Assembly (NCBI GenBank): GCA_036005065.1
Contig: DASYQW010000161.1
Location: forward strand, 2,898-66,897
Source: Candidatus Methylomirabilota bacterium
Lineage (GTDB): Bacteria; Methylomirabilota; Methylomirabilia; Rokubacteriales; DASRDR01
Direction of reading: 5' to 3'
Length of the DNA: 64,000 bases
The notes beneath the pieces were generated by a model that saw only the letters and a program-made list of their open reading frames with translations, searched no databases and had not been told where the DNA came from. Position 1 is the stretch's first letter, and each line of letters begins with the position of its first letter. The translations under genes were made by a program, and so were the position numbers. Of the stretch, positions 57,616-64,000 are shown piece after piece.

Positions 57616-57691
57616 GGCGTCTCCTCGTTGCTCCCCGATGGCCGTCGTCTCGGTTGCGGCCCTCCCTCCGCCCGACGGGCCGGGTGGGCGG

Positions 57692-57766
57692 TGGTTGGGG
57701 CGGCAGGATTCGAACCTGCGAATACGGGATCCAAAGTCCCGCGCCTTACCGCTTGGCCACGCCCCA
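57692..57766 (-). tRNA. tRNA-Gln (anticodon TTG)
   Basis: The reverse complement TGGGGCGTGGCCAAGCGGTAAGGCGCGGGACTTTGGATCCCGTATTCGCAGGTTCGAATCCTGCCGCCCCAACCA has U1-A72, anticodon loop CUUUGGA, T-arm GCAGG-TTCGAAT-CCTGC and an encoded CCA. It closely resembles canonical bacterial tRNA-Gln. Confidence 0.85.
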
Positions 57767-58738
57767 AGCCGCCTCCTGCCGCCGGGCCTTCGCCGGGCCC
57801 GCGTCCTCGCCGTCGCCGATCGAGAGCACCGGACCCGCGACGGTCCGGGCCACCCAGACCGACCACCTCGGCCCCCCGCCCGTGGCCAGTGCCGCGCGGA
57901 TGCGTAGCGCGGCTGCGCGAGAGGCCGCGATCCCGATGACCGTCGGACCGCTCCCCGACATCACCGCCCCGAGCGCTCCGGCGTCGAGGAGGGCCGCCTT
58001 GACATCCCCCAATCCCGGCCAGAGCGACAGCGCGGCCGGCTCCAGGCCGTTCACGACGCGCGACGCGACGGCCGCGGCCCCGTCGCCCAGCGCCGCCACC
58101 AGGGTCCGGACCCGCGTGCCGTCGGTGAAGTCCACCGGCCGGAGCCGCGCGTAGACGTCCCGGGTCGGCAGCGGAAAGCCCGGGTTCACCAGAACGACCG
58201 CCAGCGACTGATGCGGCGGAACGGCCGCGAGTCGCTCCCCTCGGTCCGCCCCGAGTGCCGGACTCTGCCCCAGGAAGAACGGGACGTCCATCCCGAGCTT
58301 GGTCGCCAGCGCGAGCAGTCGCGCCGGCGCGAGCGAGAGCCCCCACAGCCGACTCAGGCCGACGAGGACCGCCGCCGCATCGGCCGATCCACCGCCGAGT
58401 CCCGCCGCCACCGGGATCGCCTTCGCGATCCGAATCCGCGCCCCCACGCGGACCTGCCCCTCGCGCCGGATCAGCTCCGCCGCGCGCCACGCGAGATTGT
58501 CTCGGCCCCGGGGCACGCCCGGGGCGTCGCACGCGACCTCGATGCCGGAAGACCCGGGCGCCTCGGGCTGGATGGTCTCGAGGGTCACCCGATCGGCCAG
58601 ATCGATGGCCGCGAGGAAGGTCAGGAGCTCGTGGTACCCATCGGCCCGACGGCCCAGCACCTCGAGGCCCAGATTCACCTTCGCCCGGGCCCGCACGGTG
58701 AGGTGCCGCCCGCGTTCGAGCACGGAAAACCCTAGCAT
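57746..58738 (-). CDS. ispE: 4-diphosphocytidyl-2-C-methyl-D-erythritol kinase
   Basis: GHMP kinase motifs ([20 protein letters not shown]…[17 protein letters not shown]). As called, the 3' end overlaps the tRNA-Gln 5' end by 21 nt. Confidence 0.8.
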   Translation of the reverse strand: MLGFSVLERGRHLTVRARAKVNLGLEVLGRRADGYHELLTFLAAIDLADRVTLETIQPEAPGSSGIEVACDAPGVPRGRDNLAWRAAELIRREGQVRVGARIRIAKAIPVAAGLGGGSADAAAVLVGLSRLWGLSLAPARLLALATKLGMDVPFFLGQSPALGADRGERLAAVPPHQSLAVVLVNPGFPLPTRDVYARLRPVDFTDGTRVRTLVAALGDGAAAVASRVVNGLEPAALSLWPGLGDVKAALLDAGALGAVMSGSGPTVIGIAASRAAALRIRAALATGGGPRWSVWVARTVAGPVLSIGDGEDAGPAKARRQEAAWGVAKR

Positions 58739-58753
58739 GACGGGGGTTTCCTG

Positions 58754-59539
58754 TCAATCAACGGCTTCGATCGGCACGCCTGGCGGGATGGGGAGCTCGA
58801 AGGCGTCGGGCGGCGGGGCCATGTTCTCGCCCGAGACGTATCGGAGATGGGCCTCCAGACTCCGACCCGGCGCCTCCACCACGAGCTCCTGCAGGCCCCC
58901 CCCGAGGGCTCGCTCGAACGTGACGGTCAGACGCTCGCCGTTCTCGAGCTGGAGCCGTGCCGGCTGGCCCTCGGCCGTCACCCAGACTCGCTGGCGGGCG
59001 CCGTCCGCCTCGAACACGATGTGGGCGCCGCGATCCTCGGCGACGCGAACGGCGACGCCCGGCGGGGGCGTCGGGACGTGTCCGGCCAGCAGCCGGATGA
59101 GCGTCTCCGGGCGGACCGGGACCCCGAGCCAGCGATTCATCGATTCAGGAGTCGGCCGCGCCCGCCACGCCTTCCGCTCGGTGGGGCTATAGATGGTGAG
59201 GGACTCGGGCCCGGTGGTGACGATGAGCGCGGGCAGGCCCAGCGGGCTGATGGCCTCGAAGCGAAGCCGGGTCGGCGAGACGAGAAGCGCGCCCGCGCTC
59301 CGCTGGGCCCGTCCCTGTCGCACCACCGTCAGGTCGACGGCGGCCCGCAGGCCCGAGAACGCCTGCCACTCCCGCTCCCAGCGACGCACGAGCTCGGCCG
59401 CCTCTCCGGCCGCCACGCCGCCGAGGACGGGCGGGCGGCGTTCGGGGACGCTGGCGCAGCTCGAGGCCAGGAGCACGAGGGCGGTGAGCGCGCCCAGGCG
59501 CCGGTTCGGCCGCCGCGGGCCGGTCTTCACGCTCCGCAT
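58754..59539 (-). CDS. Outer-membrane lipoprotein, LolB-like / DUF4292
   Basis: Lipobox LLASSC after a signal peptide. Its position upstream of ispE and downstream of a TPR lipoprotein matches a common conserved neighbourhood. ATG 59539 (the ORF-track start at 59698 adds a basic, low-complexity extension). Confidence 0.55.
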   Translation of the reverse strand: MRSVKTGPRRPNRRLGALTALVLLASSCASVPERRPPVLGGVAAGEAAELVRRWEREWQAFSGLRAAVDLTVVRQGRAQRSAGALLVSPTRLRFEAISPLGLPALIVTTGPESLTIYSPTERKAWRARPTPESMNRWLGVPVRPETLIRLLAGHVPTPPPGVAVRVAEDRGAHIVFEADGARQRVWVTAEGQPARLQLENGERLTVTFERALGGGLQELVVEAPGRSLEAHLRYVSGENMAPPPDAFELPIPPGVPIEAVD

Positions 59540-59564
59540 GTCCCGGGGGCCGAACCGGCCGAGC

Positions 59565-61322
59565 TTACTTTCGGCCTTCCCGCTTCTGCCGGGCCTGCTC
59601 GACCTTCCGCTTGACGCCCTCGTTGGCGGGGTCGATCTCGAGCGATTTTTCCCAGGCCCGGAGCGCCTCGGTGTCGTTGCCGATCTTGAGATGGGCATCC
59701 CCGAGGTGCTCGTAGATGACGGCGTCTTCTTTCCCCTTGGTCAGCTCGATGGCCCGGTTGAGCTCGCGAAGAGCCTCGTCGTACCGGCCTTGCTGGTAGT
59801 AGGCCCAGCCCAGGCTGTCGACGAAGTACCCGTTTTCGGGCTCGAGCTCGAGGGCCTTCCGGATGAGCCCCTCGGCCTCGTCGAGCCGGATCCCCTTCTC
59901 GGCGAACATGTAGCCCACGTAGTTGTAGGCCTCGGCGTGCTTGGGATCGAGCGCGATCACCCGCCGGAACTGGGTCACGGCGTCCTCGAACTTGCCCATC
60001 TTCTCGTAGGCGACGCCGAGCTGGAAGCGGAGATCCTTGTGCTTGTCGTCGAGCGTGAGCCCTTCCTCGTAGGCGCGGACCGCCCGGTCCTGCTGGTTGG
60101 CCCGGGAGTACGCCATCCCGAGGTAGAGGAAGAGCTCGGGGCGCTTCGGGTCGAGGTTGATCGCCTCCTGCAGGACCTTGATGGCCTCGTCGTAGCGCTT
60201 GGCGCGGCTGTGGAGGAAGCCCAGCTGGAGCCGAGCATCGATCGACTTGGGGTCGCTCTGGAGGACCTGCCGGAGCTCCTCGAGCGCCTCCTTCTCCCGC
60301 CCGGCGTCGAGGTAGGCGGACGAGAGGTAGAAGCGCGCGCGCAGGTTGGTGGGTTCCAGCGTGAGGACGCGCTGGAAGGCCTCGATCGCCTTGTCGTAGG
60401 CCTTCCGCTCGTACTCGACGGCTCCCAGCTTCGTCCACACGCGGGGGTCACTGGGAAGCTGGTCGGCCAGCGTCGCGTACTCCTCGCTCGCGTCCTGGAG
60501 CTTGCCGAGCCGGATCAGCAGCTCCCCGAGGCGGTCGCGCAACGCCGGGTTGTCCGGGTTCGCCTCCAGCGCCTGCCGGTAGACGGCGACCGCCTGGTCG
60601 TCTTTCTTCTGCTGCTCGTAGACGAAGGCGAGGGCGGCCCAGGCGCCGTCCTGGTCCGGGTCGAGCTCGACCGCCCGACGGAGGAGGCGGACGGCGTCGT
60701 CCCAAGCCTCCCGCTCGACCGCGAGCCGACCCAGCAGGTAGTGCGCCCGTGCGTGTTTCGGGTCGACCTGGAGCAACCGCTCGAGCACGCCTCGGGCCTT
60801 CTCGTAGTCCTTCCGCTCGGCGTAGTAGCGGGCGAGGGTCTCGTACGGCTCGGTCGCGGGCGGGTTCAGGCGGATCGCCTGCTCGAGTTCGGCCACCGCC
60901 TCCGTGTCCTTCTTCTGGGCGTGGTAGAGGTCGGCCAGCGTGATGTAGGCGCCGACGGCGCCGGGATCGAGGGTCCGGGCCCGGTGGGCCGCCGCCATGG
61001 CATCGGTGTACTGCTCCTGCCGGCCCAGCCACTTGGCGAGGGTGAGCCAGAGCGCGGGACTCTTCGGGTCCCGGTCGATGGCCTTCTTGATCTCGGTGAT
61101 CGCGTCGCCCATGCGTCCCGCCTGGGCGTAGAGGAGGGCCAGGGCGGTGTGGAGGTAGGCCGCCGGATCGGCCGGCCGCCGAGAAACGGCGATCGAGGTC
61201 GAGGCCGTCGAGGCCGTGGCGGAGCCGGCGTCGGTCGCCGCCGCGCCTCCGTGCGGCACCGCCGCGCATCCCAGGAGCAGCAGCAGCACGGCGGCGCACA
61301 ACCCGGTGCGGGTGAACCTCAT
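59565..61322 (-). CDS. Tetratricopeptide-repeat lipoprotein (≥12 TPR units)
   Basis: Signal/lipobox LLLGCAAV, then tandem 34-aa TPR-like units (W-LG-Y…A…F…A…P). Confidence 0.75.
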   Translation of the reverse strand: MRFTRTGLCAAVLLLLLGCAAVPHGGAAATDAGSATASTASTSIAVSRRPADPAAYLHTALALLYAQAGRMGDAITEIKKAIDRDPKSPALWLTLAKWLGRQEQYTDAMAAAHRARTLDPGAVGAYITLADLYHAQKKDTEAVAELEQAIRLNPPATEPYETLARYYAERKDYEKARGVLERLLQVDPKHARAHYLLGRLAVEREAWDDAVRLLRRAVELDPDQDGAWAALAFVYEQQKKDDQAVAVYRQALEANPDNPALRDRLGELLIRLGKLQDASEEYATLADQLPSDPRVWTKLGAVEYERKAYDKAIEAFQRVLTLEPTNLRARFYLSSAYLDAGREKEALEELRQVLQSDPKSIDARLQLGFLHSRAKRYDEAIKVLQEAINLDPKRPELFLYLGMAYSRANQQDRAVRAYEEGLTLDDKHKDLRFQLGVAYEKMGKFEDAVTQFRRVIALDPKHAEAYNYVGYMFAEKGIRLDEAEGLIRKALELEPENGYFVDSLGWAYYQQGRYDEALRELNRAIELTKGKEDAVIYEHLGDAHLKIGNDTEALRAWEKSLEIDPANEGVKRKVEQARQKREGRK

Positions 61323-61651
61323 CAGGATACCTCTCCTTCCGCGGTCTCGGGCGACGGCCGACCGCCGTCAGCCGGGGCCAGATGGAATCGGATGGCCCGG
61401 ACTTCCACGGTGGGCGCGACGGCCCGGCAGCGTGCCAGCAGCGCCTCTTCCGTGAGCGTGAGGCGGTGAAGCCAGCCGGAGCCGTCCACGGCCACCTGCA
61501 GAATGCCTCCTTCGATGCCCTCGGCCCGGGACCGGCGCGCGGCCGGCCCCGCGATTTCGGGCCAGGCCGCCAGCAGACGGACCTCGGCCAGGCGATCGGT
61601 CAGTCCTGGCAGGGTCCCCAGGAGGTCCCCGACGCGGACCGGCTCAGCCAT
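61322..61651 (-). CDS. DUF721 (DciA-like) domain protein
   Basis: …LAAWPEIAGPAARRSRAEGIEGGILQVAVDGSGWLHRLTL… resembles the DUF721 W..IVG…A…T.P…G.L.V.V.SS.W core. Weak assignment. Confidence 0.4.
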   Translation of the reverse strand: MAEPVRVGDLLGTLPGLTDRLAEVRLLAAWPEIAGPAARRSRAEGIEGGILQVAVDGSGWLHRLTLTEEALLARCRAVAPTVEVRAIRFHLAPADGGRPSPETAEGEVS

Positions 61652-62966
61652 CGGGCGCTTGTCCGGAGCTTACCATGCCGAGGGTCCGCTCGACCCGGCG
61701 CATGTCGGCCGCCACGACCGCCACCGCCGCCAGGGCGATCACGCCCGCGAAGAAGACCACGACGGGCAGGAGGAGCATGGCCGCCTGGAGTGATCGGCGT
61801 CGATCCGAGATGAGCCCCACGATGCCCGGCGAGAGGAAATCGCCGCCGAGGTGGATCAGGAACACGAAGATCGCCACCGCCGTGGCCCGCAGCGAGGGGT
61901 TCACGACGTTGTGAATCACGGCGTTGACGCTGCCGACGTAGAGCACGAGGAAGAACACGGCCAGGAACAGGGCGGGCAGGAACACCGAGCGGTCGTCGTG
62001 GAGGAGGAACACCAGCGCGAACGGGGCGGACAGGATGAAGCCGCCTGCGATCGTGAGCAAGTGGCCCGCCGCGGTCCGGCGCGCCAGGGCATCGCCGATC
62101 AGCCCGCCGACGATCACCCCGAGGAGTCCCGCGCTGGCCGAGAGCGAGCCGTACCAGATGGACGCCTCGAGGACGGAGAACCCTTTCACCCGGTGCAGAT
62201 AGCTCGGCAGCCACGCCGCGAACGCCCCCGTCGCGAAGGCCACCAGCATCCCGACGGCGCAGACCATGACGAAGGTCGGCGTGCGGAACAGCCCGAGAAT
62301 GCCCACTACCAGTCCCGGCGCCGCGGGGGCCGGGAGGGCCAGCAGGACGGGGTCCTCCTCGGGCGCGACGTCCTGCCCGCCCCGCGGCGGGTCCGCGAGG
62401 CGCCAGGCCAGCACGGCCAGGACGAGGCTGGGGATGCCGATCAGGAGAAACGCGCCGCGCCACCCGAAGCGGCTGCCGACGAGCCCGCCGACCGTCACGC
62501 CGATGGCCCCGCCCACCGGGATGGCCGCGTTGAAGAGGCTGTTCACGAAGCCCCGCCGCGCCTTCGGGAAGAAGTCCGACACCATGGCGGTGGCCGTCGG
62601 CCCGTAGGACGCCTCGCCGATGCCGACCAGCGCCCGCGTGAAGAAGAGCTGCCCATAGGAGCGGGCCAGGCCGGACAGGAAGGTCGCGGCGCCCCAGACG
62701 GCCACGCCGACTCCGATCAGCCGATTCCGCGGGAGCCGATCGCCCAGGACGCCGAGCGGAATGGACCCGAGCAGGTAGAGGAAGACGAACGCGGAGGCCA
62801 GCCACCCGAGCTCGGCGTCGGACAGCTCGAGGTCGGCCTGAACGAGCGGGAACACTCCGAAGATGATCTGGCGGTCGATGTAATTGAACAGGTTGATCGT
62901 GAACAGCACCCAGAGCGCGTACCGGGCGTAGCGCGGGGAGAAGAACAGGGGCGTGGGGGAACTCAT
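61644..62966 (-). CDS. MFS transporter
   Basis: 12-TM protein with MFS loop motifs (LGDRLPRNRLIG; GVIVGGLIGDALARR). Confidence 0.8.
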   Translation of the reverse strand: MSSPTPLFFSPRYARYALWVLFTINLFNYIDRQIIFGVFPLVQADLELSDAELGWLASAFVFLYLLGSIPLGVLGDRLPRNRLIGVGVAVWGAATFLSGLARSYGQLFFTRALVGIGEASYGPTATAMVSDFFPKARRGFVNSLFNAAIPVGGAIGVTVGGLVGSRFGWRGAFLLIGIPSLVLAVLAWRLADPPRGGQDVAPEEDPVLLALPAPAAPGLVVGILGLFRTPTFVMVCAVGMLVAFATGAFAAWLPSYLHRVKGFSVLEASIWYGSLSASAGLLGVIVGGLIGDALARRTAAGHLLTIAGGFILSAPFALVFLLHDDRSVFLPALFLAVFFLVLYVGSVNAVIHNVVNPSLRATAVAIFVFLIHLGGDFLSPGIVGLISDRRRSLQAAMLLLPVVVFFAGVIALAAVAVVAADMRRVERTLGMVSSGQAPDG

Positions 62967-63082
62967 CGGGGTCGCGCTCGAACGGCTATCCTAGCACGCG
63001 CGCGCGAACGGCCACAAGGTTTCGGGCCTGCGCAGGCGCCGCGTTTGACGCAGTGGGCGCGGAGGCTGTAGCATGCAGGCCA

Positions 63083-64000
63083 CATGGCTCACGCGCGTCG
63101 CGGCGATCTCCTGACGGTGGACGTGACGGATCTCGCCTTCGGCGGAGAAGGCGTGGCCCGCGCCGGCGGCTACGTCGTGTTCGTGCCCGGTGGGGTGCCC
63201 GGGGACCGGCTCGACGTCCGCCTGACCCAGGTCCGGCCGCGGTTTGCCCGCGGCCAGATCGAGCGCGTCGTGACCCCGTCCGGGCTCCGCGCCGAGCCGC
63301 CCTGTCCCTACTTCGGCCGCTGCGGCGGGTGCCGACTCCAGCACGTCCGCTACGAGGCGCAGCTTGCGTTCAAGCAGCGCCAGGTCGCCGAGTGCCTGGC
63401 GCGGCTCGGCGGGCTCGGCCCGGCCGAGGAGATCCCGGTCCGACCGATCGTCGGCGCGCCCGAGATCTACGGGTACCGCAACAAGATGGAGTTCACGTTC
63501 GCCGAGGCGGACGGCCGGGCCGTCGTCGGGCTCCACGAAGCGGAGCGATACGACGCGATCCTGGACATCGAGCGGTGCCTCATCCAGTCCGAGACGCTGA
63601 ACGCGGTCCTGCGGGAGGTCCGCGCCTTCGTGCACGAGCACGGTGGGACCGTCTATCGCCAGGATCGGGAGGAAGGGCTGCTCCGCTTCCTGATGCTGCG
63701 GGAAGGGCGGGCGACTGGCGAGGCGATGGTGAACCTCGTGACCGCCTCACATGATCTGGCGTTGGCCAGGGCCCTGGCCGACCACCTGCGCGCCCGGTGC
63801 CCGCAGGTGACCTCCGTCGTCCTCAACGTGAATCCGAAGAAGGCGGCGGTGGCGGTGGGCGTGGAGGAGCACCCCATCGCCGGCCACGAGCGGATCCGCG
63901 AGCGGCTCGGCGGCCTCGACTTCTCGATTTCGGCCAACTCGTTCTTCCAGACCAACACTCCCCAGGCCGAGCGGCTCTTTTCCGTGGTCGCCGAGTACGC
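63083..64000 (+). CDS. rlmD: 23S rRNA (uracil-5)-methyltransferase RlmD/RumA, 3'-truncated at the window edge
   Basis: TRAM domain (LLTVDVTDLAFGGEGVARAGGYVVFVPGGVPGDRLDVRLT), Fe-S cluster cysteines (CPYFGRCGGCRLQH), then the SAM-MTase core. No stop codon before the window end, which is why it is absent from the ORF track. Confidence 0.8.

Overview
This is a high-GC (~70%) bacterial chromosomal segment with dense, mostly collinear genes, and many genes are joined by 4-bp ATGA/GTGA overlaps. Most of the long ORFs on the six-frame track are high-GC artefacts sitting antisense to, or out of frame with, the real genes. My calls follow the frames that show recognisable protein motifs.

In order along the window:
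- **1-3.6 kb:** dnaE2-type error-prone polymerase at the window start, and a phosphonate ABC importer phnDCE.
- **6.1-11 kb:** A LysR regulator divergent from an unusual operon made of a Cys-rich mini-protein, an isocitrate-lyase/PEP-mutase family enzyme and a 786-aa malate-synthase-like protein.
- **11.1-14.7 kb:** A 2-oxoacid dehydrogenase E1alpha/E1beta/E2 set with no E3.
- **14.7-16.3 kb:** An FHA-GAF class III nucleotidyl cyclase.
- **16.3-23.2 kb:** A 7-gene minus-strand glycoconjugate cluster with four glycosyltransferases, a histidine phosphatase, a methyltransferase and a NodB-type deacetylase.
- **23.6-32.9 kb:** A peptide ABC importer in D-F-A-B-C order, followed directly by a very unusual 852-aa ABC half-transporter and a standalone cNMP-binding protein. 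The half-transporter has degenerate catalytic motifs and a ~290-aa insertion in its nucleotide-binding domain.
- **33-39 kb:** Signal-peptide truncated haemoglobin, a secreted alpha/beta hydrolase, a VOC/glyoxalase protein, an MFS transporter, methylglyoxal synthase and a CdaA c-di-AMP synthase fused to YbbR repeats.
- **39.3-43.8 kb:** An NtrB/NtrC-like two-component pair. It is followed by a candidate sigma-54 promoter, a zinc-ribbon mini-protein, a hypothetical protein and Pal.
- **43.8-47 kb:** A sugar ABC importer on the minus strand.
- **47.5-48.7 kb:** RNase P RNA (rnpB), a coiled-coil zinc-ribbon protein and tRNA-Met.
- **48.9-64 kb:** rpoD, dnaG, mutS2, rpsU, pth, rplY/ctc, prs, tRNA-Gln, ispE, a LolB-like lipoprotein, a TPR lipoprotein, a DUF721 protein, an MFS transporter and the 5' part of rlmD.

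Across the window there is an unreported family of ~90-140-bp double-hairpin repeats (five copies, two subfamilies). Four full copies and one truncated copy begin exactly at, or within 2 nt of, the stop codon of a gene. In the two dnaE2-type copies the stop codon lies inside the conserved repeat sequence. No CRISPR, IS or prophage signatures were seen.
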